Assembly (NCBI RefSeq): GCF_021028975.2 | Contig: NC_059436.1 | Location: forward strand, 25,482,001 to 25,546,000 | Direction: 5' to 3' | Source: Sphaerodactylus townsendi | Taxonomy: Eukaryota | DNA length: 64,000 nucleotides | In this document: piece by piece, positions 12,001-24,581 of the stretch | Numbering within the stretch: position 1 is the first letter of the stretch | How the letters are laid out: every line of letters begins with the position of its first letter | The notes under the pieces: generated by a model | What the model was told of the DNA's origin: nothing | The model's input: the letters and a program-made list of their open reading frames with translations, nothing else | Databases searched by the model: none | Program-made: the position numbers and the translations under genes

Positions 12001-15000
12001 ACTGTGCTAGTGGGAGGGGGGTGCACCTCTGAGACCCTCCCTTTATAGCCTCCCACCCCTGCTGGGACTGTGGCCCCAGGGCTTCTGGGCCATCCCCCCT
12101 CCTCCTCGCTTCTGCAGATCCTCCTTTCTTGTCGAAGGGACCTTTGGCTGCACCCGGCAAATGGTCTTCAGGGCGGCCTCAACCAGACAGCAGCCGGGCC
12201 TGGCCCCAGAACTTACCAAGCTTGCAGTCCATCTTGGGCCTGGACTGGACAGTGGTGACCGTGGTGACAATGGTGCCGTCAGGCATGATGGTGCGGTCCA
12301 TCTCAATCTTTTTGGTGGGTGTGATGCTGGTGCGCAGTGCAGACACCGGCTGAAGTTCTGGCGACTCCTGATAGAGCAGCTAAGGAGACCCCCAAAGGTA
12401 AGCCCATCAGACACGCCGGGGCACCCCACAAGGGGTTAACAGCAGAACTACCACCTCCGGACCCCCTCAGGATGTTCTCCGGAAGCACGGTGGTCCCCTT
12501 CTCCGTCACTTCCACTGCCTAGAAGCTTCTAGCTCCAAAGCCTGCCCACTCAAGACATCCTGGCTGGTCACCCACCCCACCCCCACCCTGCAAGCCTGGG
12601 ATGCAGCACACAGACAGGCCAAGCGTGTTTCCAGCTCTCATGACCAGCAAGGAAACCAAATTTGGTCAGCTCAATGGCTCAGCCAGAGGAGGCCGGGGTG
12701 GGGGGAGGTTGGGGAGAGGACGGCTTTGAAGGGTTGGGGGCTGCAGACACTTTGCTTAGCTCTTTTTCTGGAATTATCTGTTTGTACACAGGATGTCAAA
12801 ATTACTACACAAACATACAGAAAGAAGGGGAGGAAACTGAGCAATGTATCTGGCCATGATGGCATGAGGGACCCGGCCCTGGGCATCTCTGTACAGAGCA
12901 TGAGCCACCACCACCCCCGCCAACCGCCTCACCTCCACCATCAGGGCCGCTGAAGGGGGCAACCTCTTGCCAGCCCCGGGATTCAGTAGGAACTGTTGGT
13001 GCCCATGCAGCTCTTGGGAGGAGGAATCCAATGGGACCGTGGCAAATCCCAAGAGTGTGTCTGGTAAGAGAAAATCAGCATTGGGAACCCCATAGGACTG
13101 AGCACTGACTGCCTCAAGCCAGGCCACACTGACTCGCTCAACAGCCCAAAATAGTCGCCCCAAACCCTGAAGGCAGGCAGGCAGTTCATGCCATATTTTT
13201 TTGTCGTTTAATGGAATTTCTGTGCTACCTGCCCAGAGGACCAGCTCAAGGTGGTTCACAAAGTAATGCAGCATAAAAACCATTAAAATTAAGAAAACTT
13301 AAGGACTAAAACATTTTTAAGTTTAAAAACCACTCTCATAAGACAATTCTGCTGATGTAGAAGAAATTTTAAAAGATCAACTCTTTAGTTATGTAGTCCT
13401 GGGTAAAAACATAAGATTTGGGCCTGATGCCTAAAACAGAGCAAATCAGGAGCCAGGCAAGCATGAAGGACTATCCACACACAAGGTGCGGCCCCTAAAA
13501 AGGCCCTGTCTTTGCTCAGCTAGTGCCTGCAGCTGGGACACCAAGCAAATGATCTGAAACGGGAGGCTGGGCATTCTCTACAGCCTTAACATTTTGATGT
13601 TATAAGAAAAGTCAAGAGAACCTCATCCATCTTAGCCCTGCACTGTGCAACCAAGCTCCTGGCCACCCCAGTTTGAACTCTCTGGCTTCTGTTCTTCTCT
13701 GTACTCCACATGAACAGCCCACCCTCCTTGCCCAAAAAGGAGGATGCCACAAGGGANNNNNNNNNNNNNNNNNNNNNNNNNNNNNNNNNNNNNNNNNNNN
13801 NNNNNNNNNNNNNNNNNNNNNNNNNNNNNNNNNNNNNNNNNNNNNNNNNNNNNNNNNNNNNNNNNNNNNNNNNNNNNNNNNNNNNNNNNNNNNNNNNNNN
13901 NNNGCTGCTTCTGAACACACTCAGCGTCAGCTCTTTGCTTCCCGGGCCAAGCTCTCTGCCCAGAGACAAAAGAGGAGGATTATTCCTGCTGCCCCTAACC
14001 CTTTCGCCCCCCCCCCCCCCCGCCGTCAAGTGCCACCAAGCAAGGGGGAATCCCCAAAGGAAAAACATTATGCCAGAGAAGGAAGCTTTTCCACAGATTC
14101 CAAGGAAATCTGATGAAGCCAAAGGGCGTGGCGGTTCTTTTCTGCCAAGACCCAAATCCTTCTGCATCCAAACATGCAAATGAGGGACTACAGAGAGGTG
14201 GTTCTGGCTCCTCTGCCTGTGCCACGGGCAGCAGCAGCAGCCCCCTGTTCCCTGCCTAGAGATGCAAAAGCAGTGCCCCTCCCTTACAAAATAAGTTTGT
14301 CAGCCCACTCCACTTGGCCGGTGGGGCCGGAGCTGCCGGCCAGCACAGCCGTGGTCCACCTCCGCTGCCGAGGGCTGTCCAGTTCCGCCACACAGCACAG
14401 CTGCCCGCTTTCTGAAAAGAAAATTGTTCTTAAAACCCAACTCTTTTCTGAAATGATGTCTAATAACCATAACAAAAACTGTGTGGGAACAGTGAAGTCA
14501 AGAAGTTAATCCTGAAATAGTGGCCACTGCTGTCTGAAATTCCAGGCTGTGATCTGTAGGTGTTCACTCAGACTGATTTAAGGAGCAGGAGTAAAAGAGC
14601 GCTCAGTGAGAAGGGTCATTTTAAATCTGGACATTGCCTTGCCTATAAGTTTCCTGAGACGGAAGTGCTTTCGCCTCCTGAAAAGGGCCCAGACGCCACG
14701 CTTGGCAGGTCTGGCTGGGCCCAGGACCTGCCAAGCGTGTCACCTGACCCTCGCTGCACATTTTAAAGCCTGCGGAAGGGACCGTCGGCCGAGGGCAGCG
14801 ACAGGAACCAGCCCTTTCAATACCCCTGCGTCAGTCGCCTGGCGTCTCCCCACAACCAGCCTGCAAAGCAGGACACCAGCAGCCATATCTTAAAGGGAGG
14901 GAACCGTAAGCGAAGAGAGGCGGAGTCTCCCAGGCCCCAGGGCTGAGCAAGGATGCGAACCCCCATGTTCCACCTCCAGACCCAACCTGCTGGCCAGTCA

Positions 15001-18000
15001 GCTTTCTGCTCAGTCCCTCCCCTGCCAGGCAGGAGAAACCAGCCAGCACCCTGCTCAGCACATCTGGATCCCGAGCTGCTGGCACCGTGTGCTCCTTGCT
15101 CAGTTCTGCCACCCAGAGGAAGCAGACAGATCTCTCCCCACTCTGGCTCCCCCCATGCAGTAGTCAATGACCACAACCCCCCCCCCCTTGCCTGGCCATG
15201 CCCAGCAGTCGGGACAGTGGCTGGGAGGCTCCCAATTTCTCCACCACACCTTGAGCATCCTCACAGTCCAAGCGCAGGGCCCGCAGATGCTGAAGCAGCA
15301 GTTTACGCACGGGAGTTGCTGCTGTGCTGGATGGGGACCCCTGAGTTTGCTTACTGCAGGACGCCTGGGGATGAGAGCATGAACAGAGGGGGATGAGCGG
15401 GGAGGCACTCACGGGCACACCCACCCACCCCTCAGCTGAACAGGGAAGAGGAGAAACACAGGTAGCCCTCCCCCCCCACGGCTCTCGCTCCAGGACCCCT
15501 TGTTTGTGGGGCAAAGCAGCCACCTCCCACCAGAGGTGGGATCCAACCAGTTCTCACCACTTCTCTAATTTTTTCTGAGTGCTGAGAAGGGGTTACTAAA
15601 GCAACCTCCCTGCCCAATAGGGACTGGAGGTGCGTGTGTGCGGCGCCGCCACTGTTTGAATCCCACCACCATCGGAACCTGTTATTAAAATTTTTGGATG
15701 CCACCACTGCCTCCCACCCCATAATCCACACAGGGCCACTAGGGGGCAGTCTGCGCTGCTCCTTCCCCCTCGAGCTCCACTCTTCTGAACAACCCTACAG
15801 AGGAGCAGCGCCCCGTCTTTCTTTATCACCTTCCCACCGGCAACGCAGGCCTCCAGATTGACCATCATGGCCGGCTGAGTGCTGATGATTGAGTCCTCAA
15901 TCAAGTCCTTGATGATGGACAGGTCTACCTTCCCATCACTGTCCTGGAAGGAGCAGAAGGAAGTTAAATCAAGACAAGAGGCTGAAAGTGGTCCTTTCCA
16001 GAGGAGAGGCAATTTGCTGCCCAGGCAGAGCTGGGGGGGGGGGGGGGGCCTGGCTGCACCTCCCAAAGGAAAACAGGGGATGGATCTGCCACTTCTGCGG
16101 AGCACTCATCACGACCGGCCCAGCTCTGTGGAGAACCAAACTTTCACCCCTTTATTCAGAGTCTCTCTCCCTGGGCAGGTGGGCCAAAAGGCTGTCTCAG
16201 CAGGTGTGGCAGCACCTTCCCATGCAGGTGAGCTGAGACCTCTGCTGCATTAGAGTCCTACCTCAAGTTGGGGGGATGAGCTTATGAGCAGAAGCTGGTC
16301 ACAAGAGGGATACAAGTTCTCTACTGGGGGTTTCATTTGCTATGAGCCACCAGGGCCTCTTCTAAAGCAGGGGGAAAATCAACATGGCTACCGACAGCGG
16401 CTGCCCTGACCTGGGGACCCAGCCTAGCCTGATCGCATCAGAGCTCAGCTGAATGGGAGACCACCTGAGTGGGAGACCACCAAGGAAACCCAGGGTGGCC
16501 ATGCAGGGGCAGGCAGTGGCCACCCACCTCTGAATGTCTCTGGCCCTGAAAACCCCACGGAGTCATCATCAGTCAGCTGCGACTTGATGGTCCTTCCCGC
16601 CACCACCACACCAACAGTCGCGCGCTCCAGAGTCTACTGTGCCCAGCCAGCGTGCTCTGGGCGGCCCTGTTACCACTTCAACTCTGAAGCTCCTCACCAG
16701 CACCCCAACACACCTGGTGCCCCAGACGTCTTCTAGCAGGATGAGAGGGTTCTAAGGAAGCAGTTGGGGGTTAAGCCTGCAGCGCTCTGCAAGGCAAGGA
16801 CAGGTGAGGGCCGGCCCATTAGGCTCCCCACCCCACACGCCTCAACAGTTGACTCACCCCGTGTAGCTGGAACTTGGGTACAATGGTCAGGTTCAAGTCT
16901 GGTCTCTCCTTGAAGGCCCAGGACACCAGCAGGCCTTCGTCCTGGATCTCCTCCAGATGGATCACCAGCTGGGCCAGGCAAACAGAAGAGAATCCCAATC
17001 AGCATTAGGAACCCCTAACTAGGAAGGTATTTTTTTTTGGGGGGGGGGTGGAACCCTGAGTCCCTTGCTTACGAAATACAGACGCTGTACAATGAGCTTA
17101 GAAGAGTTGGATTTATATCCCCCTTTCTCTCCTGTAGGAGACTCAGAGGGGCTGACAATCTCCTTTCCCTCCACCTGCCCCTGCACAACAAAACACCCTG
17201 TGAGGCGGGTGGGGCTGAGAGAGCTCTGAAGAACTGTGACTAGCCCAAGGTCACCCAGCTGGCATGTGTTGGAGTGCACAAGCTAATCTGGTTCCCCAGA
17301 TAAGCCTCCACAGCTCAGGTGGCAGAGTGGGGAATCAAACCCGGTTCCCCAGATTAGAGTGCACCTGCTCCTAACTACTGCACCACACTGGCTCTCAAAA
17401 ATCCAATCAGTTTGCACAAAGCCTCAAGTCAAACACAGAGGCAGCCAAAGCCAAGCCAAAGAGAGGCCGCTCTGTCCGTCAGCCTCAGCCTCCGCTCCTC
17501 TGCAGGAGCCCACAGAGCACAGGTGTGCCGCCCTCTCGCTTACCTGGGCCTGCAGCACAGCCAAAGTGATGTGATAGGTGTCCATGGAAACAGCAGCCGG
17601 GGACTGCTGAGTGACCGACACGGGGAACTGCATCGCATCAGCTGAAAGGTGGCAATGCAACACCTGGAGAACGAGGGGGGAGGGGGAGAGTTATGGTCCC
17701 CACCAGGAAGATCACCCAAAAGGCAACCACTTGCAGGAGGGGACAGCAGGAAGGAAGAAAAATCTGGGCACGCTCTACTTAAGTCAACCACTGGTCCGAA
17801 TGAGGGTCGGTAACTATGTTGGCCTCCCTCCAACCCCGCTATTTTAGAGAAGTGTGAGAGCCACTCCAAGACAGGCAGGCTCGATGCCTTCCCCTTCGAC
17901 TGAAACCCCTTTGCTGCGAGCAGGGGCTTGTATAGGCCCAAGTCAGACCCTCTGGCTCTCAAGCTCAGCTCTTCCTTCTCTGCCTGGCTGCTGCTCCACA

Positions 18001-21000
18001 CAGCTCCTGCTCTCTGATCCTTTGAGCTTGAGGCGTTGGGGACTGGACCCGTGACCTTCCCCATTCTTAGTACAAAGCGAAAGGTAATCACACCTTTAAA
18101 ATTTCTAGAAATGTTACACTGTAGACATGACAAGAGGTTTAGCAAATGACGTACGGACAGAGGAAGCGGAGAGGGTTTTTCCTGCCTCTTCCATAATGCT
18201 AGAATTTGGGGACAGCTGATTACATTGGTGGGCTATAGCATTAGAACAGACAAAAATGAATACTTTATTCAATGAATAATTAAGTTGTGGCATTGACTGC
18301 CAGCAGATGCAGTAATAGCTGTGAATTTAGGTAGGCTGAACAGGGGGATAGATTCAGGGGGAGGGATCCATGGATGGCTACTGGCCAGGGAGCTTCCGCA
18401 TTCAGAGGCAGCAAAGCTCTGCCCCCCCAGGGCCAGGGGGCAGCGCCAGAGGAGTGTCTGGGCCTCTGCGCCCTTCCTGCTGCGCTCCTGGACAGCTTCC
18501 TGGCCATAAAGTGAAGCCGGGGGCTGGACTGCAGAGGTCCCTGTTATGATTCAGAAGGCTCTTCTGATGCCGGGGGGTGGGGCGGGGGGCAAATCGCCAA
18601 GGAAAGGGCGGCCACTCAAGGATTAAGGGTATAGGACAGGAGGGAAGCCACTCAGAAGATGTGGTGGGCTGAGCAAAGTTTATGCTGGAACAGTATTTGT
18701 CAGTCTTGAAAGATGCCCCGAGACTCCTGTTCGTTTTTTCTGCAACAAACCCGCATGGCTGCCCTTCCGGAACTGGCCACGCTCCCTATTTCCCGTGCCA
18801 TCGGAAGGCACTTCCTGCTTCTTTGCACTGTTGGCCTCGGCCCGGCTCCTTCACCGCGTTCTAGGCGGACTATTGGCAGGAGCATAAAAATACCCCCCCC
18901 CCCTCCCACACACGGGGCATCTGTTCAGACCAAGGCTGCCCAAAGCACCCAGAGGGGGAAGACTTGCCATTTAACTCTGATCAGCTGTGCAGAACCTCCC
19001 CCCACCCCGGTCAGCTGTGCGCACCATGAGGCGGAAGAGCTGCGGACAGAGGGAGGGTGCCCAGAGAGCTGCTCACCATGCTGCGCTGTGACTGGTCAGC
19101 AGAGCTCACATGACTGATGTTGACTCCCGGCTGTAGTTGAGGGCTGTTCTCAAAGGTGATCTGGATGGAGCTCTGGCCAAGAACAGAACACGTTTAGGCA
19201 CAAAACAGGGACCCCCTGAAGCAGAGGGGACCAACGCAGCTGGCTGTCATGGCCGGAACCACGAGCCTCCAATGGCACAGGCCAAACCTACGTGCTGAAC
19301 TGCCTGCCCCTCAGAGGCCAGCTGGGACCCACTGGGAGAAACCCAAAAGTCAGGAAGCTCACGGGTCACGCAAGGGCCGCTGGCAGACTCTCCCACGGGC
19401 CTTGGCTGCGAGCTCCCACTTGGCAGCCCTGCCCCCCTCCCCTCCCTTCACAGAACGTGTCTTCCCTGGCAAGCCACAGTGGCCCCTGGCGGCACAGCGT
19501 GAGGCAGGCAACTGTGTTTGTCTGCAGAACAGGAGCAAGATTTGAGGCCAGTAGCTCCTTAAAGACGACGGTCTCCTGCTGGGCGTAAACTTCCCGGCTG
19601 TCTCACAGAGGCTAGGAGCCTTGCCTCTCGAAAGAGGACACCCCGGGGCTCTGGCTGATCTTTCAAGCGCTACTGGATTTGAATCTCGCCTTTGCCAGCC
19701 CAGAAACACCCCAAAGAGGCAGGAAGAGGCTTGAAAGGAAGCACGGAGACTCCAGTCCCGAACAGCAGGAAGGAAACAGCTCCCTGGGACTTGTCACATT
19801 TTCCACCTAGTGAGCAGCAAGGACATTTTCAAAAGAAACAAAGTGCTGCTGTCAAGACCCCATCCATGTTAGGTCATCGCTGTGAGATAACAACATTCAA
19901 ATGGTGGCCTGCAGAGAAGTGATACAGACAGCTTCCCCTGATGGATTTCTGCCTGGTATGCAGCACTTGAGGCTACATAAGCCCAGCCAGTGAAGAGGCA
20001 AAGCATTCCCCCCTGAAGGGTTAGCTTGTAAATGAGAGTTGCTTGCCCTGCCGGGGAGCTCCTGGCAACCACGGAAACCTGGAGGCTGAAGGAGGCGGCT
20101 GCTGGGTGCAGGGGCTGCCAGGAGAGGAGGCTCCATTCTTCACGGCTGGCCTGTGGCTGCGGAGTGACTCACAAAACCCCCCCCCCCCCGCTCTTCCCAT
20201 CTCAGCTCTGCAGGCTGCCCAAGAAATTCAGGCTCAGCGCAGGCAAAGTTGCCATGGAAGCCGCGGTCTGGAAAATCCAGCCTCCGTGGGGTGGAAACAG
20301 GCAGCGGAGAAAACGAAGCAGCCCCCTCGCAGGAGTCCAGGCTGGCCCCGACATGGTGCTGGGGCCTCTTTGGGCAGAAAGGCAGCTCCAAGTCCCAGGA
20401 GGAGGTATGGCTGGCAAGGATTCCTCTCCTGGCTGGAACTGTGTCCCCCACCCCACACACACACCTTATCCACAAGGAACCCAGAAGCTCTCCCCTCTTC
20501 CCACACAGATGTGGCCTCGGCATTCCCAACACAGATCACGGCAGAAAACAAGCGCCTCTTGATTTGTGGCCCCCACCAGCCCTGGAACTGCGGGCCGCCT
20601 CCCCACCTAGACATGACACGCACGGAATAGGGAGAAGGCACCTCTCCTTGGTCCCCACTTGGCAGGTAGATCTCGGCATCAGGAGCGCCTCAGGTCAACT
20701 CAGAGGCACGAAGCTGGTGGCAAGAACAGGGGGTGGATTCCACCTGGCATGGAGGGTCAGGTCCAAGTTCCCTGAACGGGGCTCTGAGGACCCCTCCATT
20801 GTTCATAAGCAGTTTTGCTCCCTTGGACTCCTTTTAAATCATCAACACACGCAGCTGCAGTCAGGGGGCGGGGTGGGGGTGTAGGGAGAAGGAGAGTTGC
20901 TGCCGGGTGCTTTGCCAGCCTTTTCTGGGCACAGAGGGGTACGGGGCTTATAGAGTCATACTAGGATTTCAGAGATCCAGCTTCAAATCCCCATCCCTGC

Positions 21001-24000
21001 CTCGGAAGTGTGCTGGGTCAGCTTGGGCCAGTTATATCCTCTCATACCCTACCTCGCCAGGTTGTTGTGAGGATAAAACAGAGAAGAGAATGATGTATGG
21101 CCCTTTTGGGTCCCCACAGCAGAGAATGATGGGATATAAAAGAACTAAATGAAGAGTTTTGAGATGCCTTTGGGTGGGGGGAAAGTACCTTGCTTGGACC
21201 CTTCTGGAACTCTCCAAGACTGAAACGGTGTTGGGAAGAGGCCGTTCCAGCAACAGGGGCAAAGCCCGGGGGCCTTGAGAGGGAAGAGTCTTCAACTGCT
21301 CTGTGGACCAGCACTGCAGGGAACTCCGCTCCTCTGCCTGCAGGAACCAGGGGCAGCCCCCCCTCCCCCCCAGTGCCTGAGCATCACTGAGAGGGCAGCA
21401 TTCTGCCAGGAGGGGCAGATAAACATCTGCTCACTGAATCCCCTCAACATTAGCCTCAAAAGCCCAAAGAAACCGTCCCATTTGAGACCCCTCTTCCCCA
21501 ACAATAAACGCAATGTGAAAACTATTGTTCCATTCCATGAAAGCTTCATGTATAAGATCAAGACGGTACAACTAGCACAGGTCAAAAACATGAACACGGC
21601 AACCCTGGCTAAGGTCAGATTTCTGCACCAGGAAATACAGCCCCAGAAGCAGCACAGCTTAGCTAAGCCAGGACCAGCGAATGCCGGCACTGGCCCACGA
21701 GCCACCTCCCATGACAGCAGAGAAGCCAAGACCCCAAAAGACCCTGTTTACTCTAAACCTAATAAGCCACACCCTGAAAGGGATACCTGGCCACAAACCC
21801 GGGTATCTCTCCCAAGAGCCAGGTCCTGCCCTGGGCATCTAGGACAGCCGATCCCACCCAGCAAAAGGGGAACCACCAGAGGACAGGAAGGTGAGGTTCT
21901 CCTCTGTGGCCAGGCACCGGGAGAGGGGCTGTCCAGAGGCTCCGCCCTCTAGATGGAGGCATAAGAGCCCCGCCTCACACAGAGCTCAGCATCAAACTGA
22001 ACTGCACCTGCTTGGCAGCATTTCTCCCATCTCCTCTCCCTGCCGTCTGCATGAAAAACCAGAAAGGGTCTGCTGCAAGAGGCGAGCCCAGCATGCCAAG
22101 AGCTCCAAGAGTTGATGGGGGGTGCGGGTGGTCAGCAACACAAATGCAGGCTTCAGCTCTCCTGCGTAGACCCTATTTGTGTTTTATTTTTAGGAAACCC
22201 ACTCTACATGAGCTCCCCAAATTACTGTAAACAATAACTGTAACACGGAAAAGGAACAAAAAAACCAATCAATCCAGCAGGAGTGGAGATCAGCAGCCAC
22301 CAAGGTAAATTTATCTCAGAGTCCTCCTGGGAAGGTTGGGGAGAGGAAGAGGAAACAGTGTTTCCTACCTACTGCCAAGAAAAAGATCTGGCCTTAATCC
22401 CCTTTTCAGTTGCCCAACAAAGGAGAAAAGGCATCCTACGAATGTTGGGGGGAGGAGGCATGCACTCCTCAGTGGCCAGACAACCAAATCCCTCCCAGAA
22501 GAAAGTCTGACCAAAGGGGACCCAACACCTTTGAAGAGGACTTTAACACAGAAGCACAGGTCTGCCCTTGCCCCAGGAGGGGACTCCATGCTCGAACCCA
22601 GTCTTGATTTCACGCTGCTCGTAAGTGTAAATAAAGGCTTTCTTTGCAGGTCCAACCAGTCCTGAGCATCTGGGAAGTAACACCGCGACTCATGGCTTTG
22701 TGTTTTGCCCACTCCTGCCCATTTCACCAAAGGAAAGCAAACCTGGATCAGCCAAACTGCAGCCCTTGAAGGAAAGGCTGCGCAGGCTGCTGTGCTCGCC
22801 AGGCACCACAGCAGGAATTGGCCAGCGGCTGGACTGAGGCCCACCCGACCTTCTGCAGCACAGAACGAGAGGCTGAGATACAAGCCAGCACTGATCTGGC
22901 CAGCACAGCCTGGCTTCAGGCTCTGCTCTGGCCATTCCAAGCGGACAGCAGGGCAGACCAGGCTAGCCAATCACAAGGGGAAGAGGCAGAAAAGCTCTGC
23001 GGGCCAAGATCCGATGGCTGCCACTTTCCATGCATGTTAATGATGTGGAATGACCCCAAACACCTCTAGGAAGCCTCAGGTGTTCCCCAGTTTGGCCACA
23101 CCAGCCAGGCTCTGGCCGGTTCTGAGTGGACAGTGCTCATGGGGGATCACACACACACACACACCCCGCCACTGGCTGCTCTTCCAACTTGGCACGACAC
23201 TGGAGTGTGGCTCCTAAATACCCCCGTCTCCCCCCCTTAGAGCTCTGAAGCTGGTTCCTGATGACCTCATTGCGCTGGAGACAAAACCAGGCCCTCGTCT
23301 GTCCTGCTAACCCGCAACTCCCGGTCCACTTTGGGAGGGGAGGGCTTTTTTTGTTGGTGTTTTCATTCAGTTGTGGGCTGTCCGCTCCACCCACGTGGCC
23401 GTGGAGAAACAGAATACCTAGAGTCATAATTATCCTCGTATCTGGAACGGTGGACCTGCCACCATGAGACAGCCACATCCGCTTTGTGGCATGCAGGCCC
23501 GGCAGGAAAGCAACTCGACCTTCCACCATTTGTACAGGTGGAAAAACAGGTGCGTACTGGTTATCTGAAAGGGGGGCACAACTAGGTTAACCAGCTTGCC
23601 AAACTGACGAAGCAGGTCCCTAACTTAATTGGGATGTCTCTTTGGGTTTTGTCTTCAAATCGTATCCTCTTCTCCCTGTCCAACGTTTTTAGCAGCAAAA
23701 TTGGCAAATTACCAGAAGAAGATAATTTCTTAAAGATGAAAATAACATTTAAACAAAAAATGAGCACAAAACTTGTGGGAGGAGCGCTGGCTACAGCAGA
23801 AAGGGCGGGTGTCCTTTTGGGTTCCTAAATCCTGGGGGGAGGTTGAGACGTGGCATCCTTTACACGGAGGATTTCTACTTGTTTCCTTTGCCCGGGGCCT
23901 GCCAGGACTGACCATTCGCCGCCCAGGGGAGGGCCAACCCAGCAACCCCCTCCCCACGGCCTTGACCGCCCGCGGCTTTCAGGACGGCGCCCGCCGGTTC

Positions 24001-24581
24001 CCAGCCCGAAGGGCAAAGAGCCAGGACGCCGCCCAGGTCCAGCGCCCGGGAGAAGCAGCGCGGCTCGCTTGAGGAGGAGGAGGAGGAGGAGGCGGCGGCG
24101 GCAAAGGCCGAGACCCCAAGAGCTGCCCTCGCCCGCCCCGTCCGTCACCGCCAAGGAAGCCCGGCGTGCCCCGGGCCCAGCAGTAAAGCCGCCGCGGGCG
24201 ACAGGGCCCCTGGGCATGTGCAAAACGCCGCCCCGAGCGCCTTACCCCGTGTCGCCGGGCTTGGTCGTTGAGGGCGCGCAGCCAGGCTCGGCGCCAGTTC
24301 TCGCGGAAGGCGCGGAAGGCGAAGAGCGCGGCCAGCAAGCCGCGGGCTCCGGCCGGCTCGGAGGCGGCGGCGGAGGTGGCCTGCCGGGCCCAGCCCAGGC
24401 GCCGCAGGGCCGCCCAGAGTCCGGCGGCGGCCGCCTCCCGGGAGCACGCACGGCCCCTGGCCCGCCACAAGCCCCGCGCCAGCTGCAGCAGCCAGACCCA
24501 GACGGTGAGCAGGGAGGCGCCGAACAGCACCACCAGCGCCGTCCAGCCCAGGCCGCCCGACGCCGCCGGCTCCGGCTCCAT
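9029..24581 (-). CDS. C2CD2L: C2 domain-containing protein 2-like (TMEM24), ER-PM lipid transfer protein; 14 coding exons
   Basis: Exons: 24246-24581, 19077-19172, 17544-17663, 16858-16968, 15830-15943, 15250-15364, 14288-14411, 13955 into N gap, 12933-13060, 12217-12379, 11349-11450, 10984-11117, 10598-10868, 9029-9246. Visible junctions are GT-AG and phase-consistent. Motifs [72 protein letters not shown] and polybasic [16 protein letters not shown] match C2CD2L. Confidence 0.95.
10255..10447 (-). mobile_element. 5S rRNA-headed Sauria-type SINE
   Basis: Reverse complement contains 5S-like ccctggttagtgcttggatgggagaccacc joined to a Sauria SINE 3' part. Confidence 0.7.
12473..12515. repeat. 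Exact 43-nt intronic copy of C2CD2L exon 11 segment (11382-11424)
   Basis: tgttctccggaagcacggtggtccccttctccgtcacttccac occurs at both positions. Confidence 0.95.
13757..13903. other. Assembly gap (147 N) truncating C2CD2L exon 8
   Basis: Run of N; the exon [17 protein letters not shown] runs into it. Confidence 0.99.
15531..15709. mobile_element. Non-autonomous hAT MITE with perfect 8-bp TSD
   Basis: TIRs cagaggtgggatcc / ggatgccaccactg; TSD cctcccac at 15523-15530 and 15710-15717. Confidence 0.85.
16405..16600 (+). mobile_element. 5S-headed Sauria-type SINE (degraded)
   Basis: tgggagaccacc twice, followed by ctgaaaaccccac...gcgacttgatgg. Confidence 0.55.
17100..17396 (-). mobile_element. 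Young tRNA-derived SINE (Squam3-like)
   Basis: Very similar to copies at 50287-50575 and 63047-63333. Confidence 0.8.
18110..18400 (+). mobile_element. Old CR1 LINE 3' fragment
   Basis: Degenerate match to the CR1 ORF2 end seen intact at 63675-63992. Confidence 0.5.
20950..21150 (+). mobile_element. CORE/MIR-like SINE remnant
   Basis: ttcaaatccc B box; cctacctc..ggttgttgtgaggataaaa core. Confidence 0.5.
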
